Source of the DNA: a candidate division Hyd24-12 bacterium UBA5074
Lineage (GTDB): Bacteria > Fermentibacterota > Fermentibacteria > Fermentibacterales > Fermentibacteraceae
Length of the DNA stretch: 64,000 bases
Assembly: GCA_002414865.1 (NCBI GenBank)
Contig: DIAQ01000033.1
Location: 26,958 to 90,957 of the forward strand
Direction: 5' to 3'
Shown here: positions 19,094-29,435 of the stretch, one piece after another
How positions within the stretch are numbered: position 1 is the first letter of the stretch
Layout: every line of letters begins with the position of its first letter
Notes under the pieces: model-generated
What the model was told of the DNA's origin: nothing
Seen by the model: the letters and a program-made list of their open reading frames with translations, nothing else
Database searches by the model: none
Program-made: the position numbers and the translations under genes

Positions 19094-19837
19094 ATGCCCC
19101 GAAGCGTCGTACTCGTCCCGACCTACAACGAAGCCACCAACATCCGCGAGTTCCACAGGTCGTTCCGGGAGCATTGCGATCACGACCTGCTCGTGATAGA
19201 CGACTCCTCGCCCGACGGTACCGCCGAGCTGGTGCGGCAGATCGCCTCGGAGGACCCGGGCGTGAGGCTCCTCCTCAGACCCGGGAAGGAGGGGCTCGGG
19301 AAGGCCTATGCCGAGGGCTTCGGGATGATCAGCTCCGAGGGCCGGTACGACAGGGTCTTCATGATGGACGCAGACCTGTCGCATCAGCCCTCCCATCTCC
19401 CGGCGCTCGCGGAGGCCCTCGACCGCGTACACATGTCCATAGGATCCAGATACATCCACGGCGTGAGCGTCCTCAACTGGTCCATCCTGCGCCTGAATCT
19501 CAGCTACACGGCCAACTGGTACATCAGGACGGCCACCGGCCTTCCCGTGAGGGACTGCACCAGCGGTTTCAGGGGCTTCCGGGCCGAGGTGCTCCCCGTC
19601 CTGCTCTCCTCGGAGTTCCGGGCTTCCGGCTACGCTTTCCTGGTCGAGATGCTGCACAGGGTCTGGATGGCCGGGATGGAACTGGGAGAGGTTCCCATCG
19701 TGTTCCTGGAGAGGCGTTCGGGCAGTTCCAAGATCAGCCGCAGGGTGCTCCTGGAATCCCTTCTGCTGCCGCTGCGACTCGTGCCCGGGAGATTCCGCCG
19801 GCGGCGCGCGCCGGGCCGGTCTCAGAGCGAGTTGTAG
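19094..19837 (+). CDS. Family 2 glycosyltransferase (polyprenol-phosphate mannosyl/glucosyltransferase-like)
   Basis: VVLVPTYNEATNI, DDSSPDGT and FMMDADLSH motifs of Dpm1-like GT2 enzymes. Confidence 0.8.
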   Translation: MPRSVVLVPTYNEATNIREFHRSFREHCDHDLLVIDDSSPDGTAELVRQIASEDPGVRLLLRPGKEGLGKAYAEGFGMISSEGRYDRVFMMDADLSHQPSHLPALAEALDRVHMSIGSRYIHGVSVLNWSILRLNLSYTANWYIRTATGLPVRDCTSGFRGFRAEVLPVLLSSEFRASGYAFLVEMLHRVWMAGMELGEVPIVFLERRSGSSKISRRVLLESLLLPLRLVPGRFRRRRAPGRSQSEL

Positions 19838-21180
19838 ATCTCCCTTATCACCGCGTCCTGCCAGTTCCTGGCGGCGTACACCGAGCCCTGGGGGACCTCC
19901 GCCATGAGCACGACTGCAATCCTCCGGCCCGAGGCCGTGGAGACGATCCCCGCGATCGAGGACGTGTCGTTCAGCGAGCCCGTCTTGCCGCGGAAGGCTC
20001 CCTCCGGCAGATCGGTGAGCCTCGTGGAGAGAGTTCCCTCCTGCCCGTTGACCGCCAGGGAGGCCAGGTACTCGGGTCCGTAGCCGAACGAGCCCACCCC
20101 TTCGAGCAGGACGGCGGCCAGGGCTCTCGGCGTGAGGCGGTTGAGCCTGCTCAGTCCCGAGCCGTCGGCCAGAAGGATATCCCCTGGAGAGGGCGTCAGA
20201 TCGGAGATCATCGCGCCGGCCATCTCGCAGCCGGCGGCGGTCGATGCAGGGGGTCCGAAGGCCTGGAGGGCGGAAGCCCTGAGCAGGAGCTCGGCCACGC
20301 CGTTCAAGCTCCACTTGTCCATCTCCGCCGTGATCTGCCAGAGGGGGCGGGAGGAGATGACGGAGATCGATCTGATGCCCGGCCCCCCTGGAGCCTGTCC
20401 TTCCGAGATGGAGGCCACGCGGATGCCATACTCCCCCAGGGCGTCGGCGAAGAGGAGCGCAAACTCCAGGGACGGATCGGGGAATGGTGTCCACAGCGTA
20501 CGGACGCTCCGCGCCGGCAGGGATCCCTGGACGGTCACCCGGTCCGGTGACTCGTCCCATCCCGAGACGGAGACAGTCAGATCGTCGGCGCCGATGCCGG
20601 CAGCGGGCCTGAGTTCGGCTCCGGGCAGATCCGGCCATCCCGAGACCCGGAGCGGTCCGCCGACGGTCGAGACGACTATCTCGAGCAGGTTGCCCCCGAA
20701 CGAGAGAGCCTCGACTGGAGGGCAGTAGGCCCTGCCCCAGTCGTCCTCGTCCCAGCCCAGGCAATGGGAGTCGTCCTCGAAGCAGCCTGTGTCGTAGATC
20801 AGCCTCCATGGCACGGAGGGATCTATGGAGAGGGCGGTCTCCATGGCCGATCTCTCGATGTCGTCGAGTTCCAGCAGCGGGGCGCCTGAGCCGGCGAGGC
20901 AGATGCACGCCGACGACGTATCGACGAGGACCGGCGTCCTGAAGACGTAGTCGGGACCCAGGGTGCGCATCGCCAGGAGCGAAGTCACGAGCTTCACCGT
21001 CGAGGCGGGGCGGAAGGCCTGGTCCGACCGGGTGTCCAGGATGACCTCGCCGGTCTCGGCGTCTATCGCCAGGGCGCCGGTGCGCCAGCTCTGCTGCGGT
21101 TGCGGGAACTCGAGCGCCAGGAGGATCGACAGGACAAGGGCCGGGCTCAAGACGAACCTCCGGATCGGAAGTTGACACAA
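19822..21180 (-). CDS. dacB: D-alanyl-D-alanine carboxypeptidase/endopeptidase (PBP4 family, peptidase S13)
   Basis: Signal peptide. SxxK (ASTVKL) and KTG (KTGSL) motifs. Convergent with the GT2 gene. Confidence 0.82.
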   Translation of the reverse strand: MCQLPIRRFVLSPALVLSILLALEFPQPQQSWRTGALAIDAETGEVILDTRSDQAFRPASTVKLVTSLLAMRTLGPDYVFRTPVLVDTSSACICLAGSGAPLLELDDIERSAMETALSIDPSVPWRLIYDTGCFEDDSHCLGWDEDDWGRAYCPPVEALSFGGNLLEIVVSTVGGPLRVSGWPDLPGAELRPAAGIGADDLTVSVSGWDESPDRVTVQGSLPARSVRTLWTPFPDPSLEFALLFADALGEYGIRVASISEGQAPGGPGIRSISVISSRPLWQITAEMDKWSLNGVAELLLRASALQAFGPPASTAAGCEMAGAMISDLTPSPGDILLADGSGLSRLNRLTPRALAAVLLEGVGSFGYGPEYLASLAVNGQEGTLSTRLTDLPEGAFRGKTGSLNDTSSIAGIVSTASGRRIAVVLMAEVPQGSVYAARNWQDAVIREIYNSL

Positions 21181-21254
21181 TCAGCCTCGAACCTACATTT
21201 GAAGGGTACTCTTGTGCAACCGCAAGGGATTTCGGAGCCGGGAGGAGATCGAGC

Positions 21255-22877
21255 GTGGGACGAATGCTGGCCATCGCCGTTTCGCTGCTGTTCCTGTCGT
21301 CATGCGCGCGCCGCGAGGAAGCCCTGAGAGTCGGGGACCTCTCGTACGACAGGCAGGAGCTCTCGGAGATACTCCGCCCTGTCGCCGGCGACTCGCAGGC
21401 GGTGGAGAACAGGCTCCAGTCGTTCATCGCAGGCCGGCTGATCCTCGTCGATGCCGATGCGCGCGGAATAACGGGAGACAGGATCGTCACCGAGCAGCTC
21501 TGGGAGAGGTCCAGGGAGAGGCTCCAGGCAGCCTACATCTCCGCCAAGCTGGGAGCCATCGTCATCCCGGAGGACAGTGTGACGGCCTTCTATGACGCGA
21601 GCGGAACCATGCTGCAGTACACGGTGATGAACGTCGCCGACAGCGCGCTGGCCGACAGCCTGCGGACGCTGGTCCTCGCAGGGGAGGACATGAGCGGCCT
21701 GGTGCGCAGGTTCTCCACGCTCTCGGTCGATGTCGAGACCGGCGGGCTGGTGGGCCCGAGGGATTCGATGAGGACCTCGGCGGCAGACGGGATGCTGCTT
21801 GCCGGTCTATCCCGGGGGGAGGTGTCCCCCGTGGCGAGGTTCGATTCCGGATGGCGCTTCCTGAGGCTCGACAGCATCTACCAGGCACCCATGCCCCGCT
21901 TCGAGGAAGCCAGGCAGGGCATCTACGATTTCATCTGGGGCCACGAGGCCGAGATCTACAAGGTGGGCCTGGAGGACAGCCTCAGGTCCGCGTACTCGAT
22001 AAGAGTGCCCGAAGGCGCGGTCGACCTCCTGGTCTCCCACGCCCTGACGCCTTCCGGCGAGTTCTCGCCGTATTCTCCGGAGGAGGACTCGACCATCGTA
22101 TGCGAGTGGGACGGGGGCCACAGGACCGCCGGCTTCGTGGCCAGGAACATCATCGCAATCCCGTCGTTCCTGCCCAGGGATGCCACCGACTCCTCGTGGG
22201 TGGACGGATACGTCAGGCTTCTCGGCCTGTACGACGTCATGGCAACGAGGGCGGTAGAGATGGGGCTCGACACGATCCCCGAGACCGCCGCCCTGGTCAC
22301 GCAGGCCAGGGAGGGCGTGATCCTGGAAGCCTGGCGCTCGAGGGTGCTCCTCCCGAGGATCTCACCTGACGAGCAGCAGATAGTCGCGTCCTACGAGGCC
22401 CATCGAGCCGCTCTCGTCATCCCGGAGAGGCGCAGGCTGCGCGCGATCGCCGCGGTGGACGAGGCGCAGGTCGCGAGGCTCGAAAGCCTCCTCTCGGCCG
22501 GGGGGGACCCTCTTGATTCGCCGGATCTCTTCACACCCGTGAGGTCGCTCCTGGAAGAGGGGGAGACCGTTCTGACAAGGCCCCTGGCCGCATCGGACCT
22601 GCCTCCCGAGATAGCCTCGGAAGTCGCCTCGCTCGAGCCGGGCGAAGCTCGGGCCTGCTCGCTATCGGGCGGCTCGGTCCTCTACATGGCGCTCGAGGAG
22701 GTCATCCCCGCCCGCCAGGCAACCCTGGAGGAGGCCCGGGAAAGCATTGCCGCCGCTCTTTCCGACTCCACCGAGCGCGTCATGCTCAGGGGACTTGTAG
22801 ACAGCCTGCGGTCTGCGTATCCTTGTCGTGTAGATTCCGAGTTCGTTTCCCGGTTCTGGAGTCCATCCCAGCGCTGA
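21255..22877 (+). CDS. Lipoprotein peptidyl-prolyl isomerase (parvulin/SurA-PrsA-like)
   Basis: GTG start 7 nt after GGAGGAG. Lipobox LSSC. Parvulin-like block ETGGLVGPRDSM...GEVSPVARFDSGWRFLRLD. Confidence 0.6.
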   Translation: MGRMLAIAVSLLFLSSCARREEALRVGDLSYDRQELSEILRPVAGDSQAVENRLQSFIAGRLILVDADARGITGDRIVTEQLWERSRERLQAAYISAKLGAIVIPEDSVTAFYDASGTMLQYTVMNVADSALADSLRTLVLAGEDMSGLVRRFSTLSVDVETGGLVGPRDSMRTSAADGMLLAGLSRGEVSPVARFDSGWRFLRLDSIYQAPMPRFEEARQGIYDFIWGHEAEIYKVGLEDSLRSAYSIRVPEGAVDLLVSHALTPSGEFSPYSPEEDSTIVCEWDGGHRTAGFVARNIIAIPSFLPRDATDSSWVDGYVRLLGLYDVMATRAVEMGLDTIPETAALVTQAREGVILEAWRSRVLLPRISPDEQQIVASYEAHRAALVIPERRRLRAIAAVDEAQVARLESLLSAGGDPLDSPDLFTPVRSLLEEGETVLTRPLAASDLPPEIASEVASLEPGEARACSLSGGSVLYMALEEVIPARQATLEEARESIAAALSDSTERVMLRGLVDSLRSAYPCRVDSEFVSRFWSPSQR

Positions 22878-22901
22878 AGGATAGACCGGAGGGCATATCT
22901 G

Positions 22902-23837
22902 ATGTTCTGCCGTGCATGCGGGCATGACAATGGTGAGAATAGCAGGGGCAAGTGCTCGAACTGCGGATTCGATCTCGAGTTCCAGACGCTTCCGCTCCGC
23001 GAGCAGAGAGAGGGTCTCCAGAAGCCTGTCGAAGGCAGGCTGGACATAGGCGATACCACCTTCAGGACGCACCATTACAGACGGACGGGTCTGACCGGCG
23101 TCGTGATAGGCATCGCCGGCCTGGTGGTGACGATCTTCATCATCTCCACGTTCGACAGGGCGCAGATCGTCGGCAGTGACGAAGAGCTGCAGGCCGTGGC
23201 GGACACCCTCGCCGCCCCTTCTGACTCGCTGCCCATCGAGATCGGGGCGGACATCGTCTATGTCCTCAACGACAGCGGCACCAGCGCGGAGCCCAGGACG
23301 AACCTGAACCTCAGCCTGATCCCCGAAGGCAGCTCCGTGGCGTTCCTGGGCAGCAGATCCGTCCCGATCCGCCCGCTCGTGAGCTTCATCGAGCGAAAGC
23401 GAGCGGAGGGCGAGACCGCCCGTCTGGACCTCAACGCTCTCTGCTGCTGGAACGACGACTCACACAGCACCTTCACGAGGATCCCGCTCGTGGTCACGGA
23501 TCCGACGCCCGCCGACAGCGCAACCGCTCCCGTGACCTTGAAGCTGATCTTCACCGAGGAGTGGCTCGTGGGCAGGGTGGACGAGTTCGGCATCGACATC
23601 ACGGCCCCGGTGCGCGCAGGAGAGTTCAGCGCATGGAAGCTCGACAGCGTCCTGACGCAGGTTTCGAGCCGCCTCTCCAGGAGGGATCTCGGAGGAAGGG
23701 CCGTCGAGGTTACCGCGATGTTCTCGGAGGGCTCGAACCTCGGCCATGCCATGGACATCATGCTGCAGGTCCAGCCGTCCGTCGACAGCCTCGGCTACAG
23801 GGGCCTCGGACTGAAGTACTTCCTGCTCGAGGACTAG
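22902..23837 (+). CDS. Hypothetical zinc-ribbon membrane protein
   Basis: An N-terminal CxxC...CxxC ribbon (CRACGH...CSNCGF) is followed by a TM helix and an extracytoplasmic domain. Confidence 0.5.
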   Translation: MFCRACGHDNGENSRGKCSNCGFDLEFQTLPLREQREGLQKPVEGRLDIGDTTFRTHHYRRTGLTGVVIGIAGLVVTIFIISTFDRAQIVGSDEELQAVADTLAAPSDSLPIEIGADIVYVLNDSGTSAEPRTNLNLSLIPEGSSVAFLGSRSVPIRPLVSFIERKRAEGETARLDLNALCCWNDDSHSTFTRIPLVVTDPTPADSATAPVTLKLIFTEEWLVGRVDEFGIDITAPVRAGEFSAWKLDSVLTQVSSRLSRRDLGGRAVEVTAMFSEGSNLGHAMDIMLQVQPSVDSLGYRGLGLKYFLLED

Positions 23838-23963
23838 GCCGGGCGCGCTCCGGCGCCTCCGGCGGACCCGGCATCTCCAGGCCGATCCGGCAAGCGCGGA
23901 CCAGCGTTCCGCGCACCCGGCGGAAACTGTCGCAGGAGGCCGCATCCTGCAGAAGGCGGATCG

Positions 23964-25154
23964 ATGAGCGCCACTCTTGTACTGCTCCCGCACAGGGAGA
24001 AGTCGCTCCTGAACAGGCATCCATGGATATTCTCGGGTGCGGTCGCGGGAGTCACGGGGGAGCCGTCCCCCGGCGACGTCATCGACGTACACGCCAGCGA
24101 CGGCCGTCTCCTCGCGAGAGGATTCTACAATCCCAGGTCGCAGATCGTCTTCAGAGCCCTCACATGGGCTGACGAAGACGTCAGGCAGCCCTCGTTCTGG
24201 ACTCGCAGGATAGCCGACGCCCTCTCGTACAGGATCAGGACCCTAGGCATGGAGCTCGACGGCCGCGCCCTGAGGGTCATATCCGCCGAGGCCGACGGGC
24301 TGCCCGGGCTCATCGTGGACATGTACGACGGCTGTGCGGTGATCCAGATGCTCTGCATGGGCATGGACATCCGCAGGCGGGAGATCGTGGACGCCCTGAA
24401 CGCCATCCTCGCCCCGCGCTGCATCTACGAGCGCAGCGACAGCGAGGTTCGACGGCTCGAGGGCCTCTCCACCGTCTGCGGGCTCGTGCAGGGGGAGGAG
24501 CCCCCGGCCCTCGTGGAATTCTCGGAAGGTGCCGTCAGGCTGCTGGCCGACATCAGGACCGGTCACAAAACCGGTTTCTACCTCGACCAGGCGGTCAACC
24601 GGAGGATCGTCGCAGGCTACGCCCGCGGGAGGACCGTGTTGAACTGCTACAGCTACACCGGGGCGTTCGGCGTGCACTGTGCAGCATCCGGGAGCTCTGT
24701 CGTGACGAGCCTCGACTCGTCCGCCCCGGCTCTGTCCCTGGCCACCGCCAACATGGATCTCAACGGCTTCGGCGAACTCCATGCGCCGGAGGACTGCGAC
24801 GTGCCCGAGAGGCTCAGGACCCTCTCCAGGGAGGGCAGGTCGTTCGGCATGGCGATACTCGACCCGCCTCGTTTCGTGCCCAACAGATCGGCTCTCGAGA
24901 AGGGGGCCAGGGCCTACAAGGACATCGCCCGCCTGGCATTCATGCTGCTCGAGCCGGGTGGCATCCTGGCAACCTTCAGCTGCTCGGGCCAGGTGGACGC
25001 AGACCTGTTCCAGAAGATCATCTTCTCCGCCTCGGTCGAGGCCGGCAGGGACGCCAGGATCATCTCCAGGCTGGGTCAGGCGCCCGACCACCCCGCCCTG
25101 CTCTCCTGCCCGGAGGGGACCTATCTGAAGGGGCTGCTCTGCAGCGCAGTGTAG
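23964..25154 (+). CDS. rlmI: Class I SAM-dependent rRNA methyltransferase (RlmI/RlmK-like, PUA + MTase)
   Basis: N-terminus LLNRHPWIFSGAV. A Rossmann-fold MTase core follows. Confidence 0.8.
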   Translation: MSATLVLLPHREKSLLNRHPWIFSGAVAGVTGEPSPGDVIDVHASDGRLLARGFYNPRSQIVFRALTWADEDVRQPSFWTRRIADALSYRIRTLGMELDGRALRVISAEADGLPGLIVDMYDGCAVIQMLCMGMDIRRREIVDALNAILAPRCIYERSDSEVRRLEGLSTVCGLVQGEEPPALVEFSEGAVRLLADIRTGHKTGFYLDQAVNRRIVAGYARGRTVLNCYSYTGAFGVHCAASGSSVVTSLDSSAPALSLATANMDLNGFGELHAPEDCDVPERLRTLSREGRSFGMAILDPPRFVPNRSALEKGARAYKDIARLAFMLLEPGGILATFSCSGQVDADLFQKIIFSASVEAGRDARIISRLGQAPDHPALLSCPEGTYLKGLLCSAV

Positions 25155-25264
25155 TCTTCCTTCTTGAACCGGCCGGGTGTTCCGGCTATAATGAAGAACA
25201 GGCTTGTGCCGATGCCGGCCGCGAGCCGCGCCGCAGGACAACGACCCGCGGAGGGTGGGTATAA

Positions 25265-25759
25265 ATGAGTTTCAGATTCGTCAGCAGCGCCGTCGATCCC
25301 ACTGGCTATCTGCCCTGCTGGTACGCGAAGGCGGGGAATGACTGCTCGCCTCCCGTCGGATGGGCCGGACTCCCTCCGGAGACCGGGAGCATCGCGGTGA
25401 CCTGCGAGAACCTCTCGGCCACACCCGAGGTTCTGCACTGGGTGCTGTACGATCTGGCACCCTATCCCGCAACCGTCTTCGGCGGGCTGCCGAAGCGCCC
25501 CGTGCTCGATTTCGGGTCGCACCAGGCTACGAACAGCTTCGGGGTCACGGGCTGGACGGGTCCCGGCGAGGACGGCGGCATCGTCACGCTCACGTTCACC
25601 GGATACGCCCTTCCCGGTCCCCTCGGGCTCCCCGGTGGCGCCCCCGCCGCGGAAGTGGCGGAGCTGGCGCGGGAGAATGCACTGGCGATCTGCAGCTTCA
25701 CCGGAACGTACTTCCCGAGAAGGCGCAGACCGGCATGCGCCTCCGGTGCAGGGGGATGA
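25265..25759 (+). CDS. PEBP/YbhB-YbcL family protein (divergent paralog)
   Basis: A DxSPPxxW-like N-terminal motif. The C-terminus parallels the downstream paralog. Confidence 0.6.
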   Translation: MSFRFVSSAVDPTGYLPCWYAKAGNDCSPPVGWAGLPPETGSIAVTCENLSATPEVLHWVLYDLAPYPATVFGGLPKRPVLDFGSHQATNSFGVTGWTGPGEDGGIVTLTFTGYALPGPLGLPGGAPAAEVAELARENALAICSFTGTYFPRRRRPACASGAGG

Positions 25760-25762
25760 GAA

Positions 25763-26230
25763 ATGGCCGCTCTGTTGCTCTTCAGCAGCGCGTTCAGTGA
25801 TGGCGGGCCGATCCCTGCACTCCATACCTGCGACGGGGCCGACATCTCGCCCCCGCTCTCCTGGCAGGCACAGGACAGCTCGATCGTCTCCTTTGCCCTC
25901 GTCTGCGAGGACCCCGACGCGCCTCTCACGACATGGACCCACTGGGTGATCTTCAACATCCCTGCCACGACCGATTCGCTCCCCCAGGGTCTTTCCACGG
26001 AGTCCCGCCTTCCCGACGGCTCCTGCCAGGGTCTCAACAGCTGGGGGCGCACCGGATACGGCGGACCCTGCCCTCCTTCCGGCACCCATCGCTACTTCTT
26101 CAGGCTCTACGCCCTCGATGCAATGCTCGATCTCCCGTCCCGCTCACGCCCCGCGGAAGTCGCGAGGGCCATGGACGGCCATGTCATCTACTCGGCGAGC
26201 CTGATGGGCACCTACTCCAGGCACAGGTAG
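25763..26230 (+). CDS. PEBP/YbhB-YbcL family protein
   Basis: GGPIPALHTCDGADISPPLSW, DPDAP and PCPPSGTHRYFFRLYALD are canonical. Confidence 0.85.
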   Translation: MAALLLFSSAFSDGGPIPALHTCDGADISPPLSWQAQDSSIVSFALVCEDPDAPLTTWTHWVIFNIPATTDSLPQGLSTESRLPDGSCQGLNSWGRTGYGGPCPPSGTHRYFFRLYALDAMLDLPSRSRPAEVARAMDGHVIYSASLMGTYSRHR

Positions 26231-26238
26231 GGCGCCCC

Positions 26239-27453
26239 GTGCGCCCCGAAGGCCTCCAGGGCAGCGTCCATTCACCGCTGTGGGCGCTGGACCCCGGCGT
26301 TGTGTTCCTCAACCACGGTTCGTTCGGGGCCTGCCCCCGCGAAGTGCTCGCCCACCGGAGGGCGCTCATCGAGGAACTCGAGTCCGAGCCCATGGACTTC
26401 CTCGTCAGGAGATACCCTGGCCTTCTCGGCGAGCAGATATCCTTCCTCGAGTCGTTCCTCGATGCCGAGCCCGGCTCGATCGTGCTCGTGCAGAACGCCA
26501 CGGTAGGCGTGAACACGATCCTCCGGAGCCTCCGGCTCGGACCCGGCGACGAAGTCCTGGTGACCGGCAGCGAGTACTTCTCGACGAGGAACTCCGCGCG
26601 CTCCGTCACCGAGGCCGCAGGAGCCTCGGTCAGGATGGTCGGGATCCCGTTCCCGCTCTCTGATCCCTCCGAGGCCTCGGATGCCATCCTGTCCGCCGTG
26701 ACCCCCCGGACGCGGCTCGCTGTGATCGACCACATCGCGAGCCCGACGGCCCTTGTATTCGACGTCGAACAGATAACGGCCGCGCTGACATCGAGGGGCA
26801 TCGAGGTGCTGGTCGACGGGGCGCACGGACCGGGCGGCGTCGATCTGAGCCTCCGCTCCGTAGGCGCGTCATACTACACCGGCAACTGCCACAAGTGGCT
26901 TTGCAGCCCGAAGGTGTGCGCTATACTCTATGTCAGGCCGGACAGGCAGGAGGGCGTCCACCCGCTCGCGATATCGCATGTCCGGGCCGACCTCGACACC
27001 CCTCTGTCGGATTTCCAGCTCGAGTTCATGTGGAACGGCACGCCCGACCCCACGGCCGCGCTGAGCGTCAGGAAGAGCGTGGAATACATGGCCTCGATCC
27101 TGCCGGGGGGCTGGACGGCCATAAGGGAGCGGAACAGGGCGTTGGCGACCGAGGCCGGCCGCAGGCTCTCGTCGGCTCTGGGGCTCCCGCCTCAGGCGCC
27201 CGACTCCATGACGGGGCCCATGGCGGCGGTCCTGCTGCCGTGGAGGCAGCCTCCCGAACCTCCCGGAGTTCTCTGGCTCGATCCGCTTCAGGTCTGGCTG
27301 AGGGAGGAGAGGGGCATAGAGGTGCCGGTCACCTGGACTCCCGGACCGCGGAGCAGGCTCCTGCGGCTCTCCGCTCAGCTCTACAACTCGCCGGAGGAGT
27401 ACGACTACCTGATCGAATCCGTCCTCGAGTGCCCATTCCTCGGAGCCGACTGA
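26239..27453 (+). CDS. Class V aminotransferase (cysteine desulfurase / IPNS-epimerase-like)
   Basis: GTG start after the PEBP stop. VFLNHGSFGACP N-terminus. PLP-fold family. Confidence 0.75.
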   Translation: MRPEGLQGSVHSPLWALDPGVVFLNHGSFGACPREVLAHRRALIEELESEPMDFLVRRYPGLLGEQISFLESFLDAEPGSIVLVQNATVGVNTILRSLRLGPGDEVLVTGSEYFSTRNSARSVTEAAGASVRMVGIPFPLSDPSEASDAILSAVTPRTRLAVIDHIASPTALVFDVEQITAALTSRGIEVLVDGAHGPGGVDLSLRSVGASYYTGNCHKWLCSPKVCAILYVRPDRQEGVHPLAISHVRADLDTPLSDFQLEFMWNGTPDPTAALSVRKSVEYMASILPGGWTAIRERNRALATEAGRRLSSALGLPPQAPDSMTGPMAAVLLPWRQPPEPPGVLWLDPLQVWLREERGIEVPVTWTPGPRSRLLRLSAQLYNSPEEYDYLIESVLECPFLGAD

Positions 27454-27460
27454 CCGGCGA

Positions 27461-28651
27461 TCAGGCTGCCGGCTCGAACCAGCCCCGCGTCCGCAGGCAT
27501 ATCTTCACGAGCATCAGCATCACGGGCACTTCGATCAGCACACCGACCACGGTCGCCAGCGCCGCTCCCGACGAGAGGCCGAACAGCATCGTGGCCGTGG
27601 CGATGGCCACCTCGAAATGGTTCGAGGCCCCGATCATCGCCGCCGGCGCCGCATCCTCGTAGCGGAGTTTCAGGAGCCTCGCGAGCCAGTACCCGAGCCA
27701 GAAGATCAGGTTGGTCTGGATGAAGAGGGGAATGGCGATCCAGAGGATCGTGAGGGGATTCGAGAGGATCGTCCCGCCCTTGAAACTGAACAGGAGGACC
27801 AGGGTCGTGAGAAGGGCGACGATCGTGATGGGCGTGAGGACATGGAGGAACTTCTCCCTGAACCACCGCTCGCCCCTTGCCCTGACGATCCACCTCCTGG
27901 AGAGGTATCCCGCCACCAGGGGCAATGCCACGTAGATTGCGATGGACAGCGCCAGTGCCTGCCATGGGACCGGCAGCCTCCCGACGCCCAGCAGGAATCC
28001 GCCGAGCAGTCCGTAGAGAACCAACATCGACAGAGAGTTGATGGCGACCATCACGAGCGTCAGCCCGTCGTTGCCCCTGGCGAGATAGCTCCAGACAAGG
28101 ACCATGGCCGTGCATGGCGCTATCCCCAGCAGGATGCATCCTGCGAAATAGCTGCGCCACAGTGGTACCTGCAGCATCTTGATCCCGTCGGAGAGGACCA
28201 CCGTGCCCGCCCCGTGTGTCGCTCCGACCGGCAGGTCCAGGCCGAAAGGCATCTTCACCAGGTCCGTCGCGTCGGTTCCGATGAACGCGCGGAAGAGAAC
28301 CCCCAGAAACAGCAGGGCGATGGCGTACATCGTGAAGGGCTTGATCGCCCAGTTCACGAATAGAGTCAGCCATACGGGCCTGCCGCTCCTGCCGGCCCTG
28401 ACCACCGAAGCGAAGTCGATCTTCACCATGATCGGGTACATCATCAGGAAGAGGCAGATGGCGATCGGGATGGAAACCACCGGCGCGCCGTTCACGAAGA
28501 TCGAGAATCCATCCAGCCTGGTCGCCAGAGCGGGCGCGAGCCTGCCGAGTATGATCCCCGCGACGATGCACAAGCCAACCCACACGGTCAGATACCGCTC
28601 GAACACGTTCGACATCCTGCGGTCTGCAGCCGGGCACGAGGTTCCGCTCAT
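27461..28651 (-). CDS. arsB: ACR3 family arsenite/antimonite efflux transporter
   Basis: FERYLTVWV...[14 protein letters not shown] and [12 protein letters not shown] are ACR3 signatures. The start could instead be the internal Met at MSNVFERY. Confidence 0.85.
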   Translation of the reverse strand: MSGTSCPAADRRMSNVFERYLTVWVGLCIVAGIILGRLAPALATRLDGFSIFVNGAPVVSIPIAICLFLMMYPIMVKIDFASVVRAGRSGRPVWLTLFVNWAIKPFTMYAIALLFLGVLFRAFIGTDATDLVKMPFGLDLPVGATHGAGTVVLSDGIKMLQVPLWRSYFAGCILLGIAPCTAMVLVWSYLARGNDGLTLVMVAINSLSMLVLYGLLGGFLLGVGRLPVPWQALALSIAIYVALPLVAGYLSRRWIVRARGERWFREKFLHVLTPITIVALLTTLVLLFSFKGGTILSNPLTILWIAIPLFIQTNLIFWLGYWLARLLKLRYEDAAPAAMIGASNHFEVAIATATMLFGLSSGAALATVVGVLIEVPVMLMLVKICLRTRGWFEPAA

Positions 28652-28727
28652 CGCCCCTCCCTGTCCACGATCGCCTCAATCCCTGCGCAGCTCGCGAATC
28701 CATTTCGCGCAGGAGTTGGAAGGCGCT

Positions 28728-29435
28728 TCATATGGCTTTTTGCAGCATATAGATACCTGCCAGGATGACGAGGGCTCCGGCGGCGCGCCGCAGGATGGCG
28801 AGAGCTCGGGACTTCTCGTTCCAGCTCAGCAGTCTGCAGGCTGTCCCGGAGAAGGTGCCTGCGGCGACGATCACGCCACAATGGCCGATGGCGAAGCAGC
28901 CCATCATGGCTGCGGAGAGGACTGGCCGAACGGCCTGTGCGGCCAGGACCACCCCGAGCAGCGGGGCGATGAAGGCAAAGGTGCAGGGCCCCGCCGCAGC
29001 CCCGAAGACGAGGCCATAAAGGGCGGAACCCAGGAGCCCCGACCTTCTCCGTCCCGGCATCGCAACTCGTGGCGCCGGCAGGGTGAAGACCTCCATCAGG
29101 TTCAGACCGAACAGCATCAGCAGGACGGCAAGAATGATGCCCCCGGGTTTCCCCATGTCTCCCGCAATGCGCCCCGCGCTTAACGTGATGACTCCCAGGG
29201 CCGAAACGGCAACCAGGACCCCGGCGGCGAATGACGCCGAGATTCGGAACGCCTTTCTCGTGGAGGTCTCGGGATCCTTCGAGATGTAGCCCACGAGCAG
29301 GGGGATGCTGGCGAGATGGCATGGGCTGAGAAGAATGCTCAGCATTCCCCAGACCATGGCGGCGGCAAGCCCGACAACGGGGGAGGATCCTTCGACCGCT
29401 CTCCCCAGGCCGGTCAGGAATTCACTCACCGGCAT
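28728..29435 (-). CDS. ccdA: Cytochrome c biogenesis protein CcdA / DsbD-core transmembrane thiol-disulfide electron transporter
   Basis: LSPC motif (SILLSPCHLASIPLLVGYI) and the second Cys region (GAAAGPCTFAF). Six TM helices. Confidence 0.8.
   Translation of the reverse strand: MPVSEFLTGLGRAVEGSSPVVGLAAAMVWGMLSILLSPCHLASIPLLVGYISKDPETSTRKAFRISASFAAGVLVAVSALGVITLSAGRIAGDMGKPGGIILAVLLMLFGLNLMEVFTLPAPRVAMPGRRRSGLLGSALYGLVFGAAAGPCTFAFIAPLLGVVLAAQAVRPVLSAAMMGCFAIGHCGVIVAAGTFSGTACRLLSWNEKSRALAILRRAAGALVILAGIYMLQKAI

Noticed and set aside
19094-19837. The GT2 gene next to efp read as an EarP-like EF-P glycosyltransferase
   Set aside because: The sequence is Dpm1-like GT-A fold (DxD, polyprenol-phosphate type), not EarP. 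EF-P carries the conserved Lys of the KPGKG loop, not Arg.
19061-21490. 809-aa minus-strand ORF. Similar long antisense ORFs include 9909-11756, 53290-55344, 40862-42448, 2358-3452 and 62572-63816.
   Set aside because: Each is antisense to a gene with clear family-level similarity on the opposite strand. The translations are Arg/Pro/Gly-rich and low complexity, as expected for stop-poor antisense frames at this GC content.
25757-25765. PEBP paralogs in the same frame separated by TGA. I considered this a possible third Sec read-through.
   Set aside because: The upstream copy already has a complete C-terminus. The downstream copy has its own ATG and N-terminal motif. There is no Cys near the TGA. 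Similarity does not continue across the stop.
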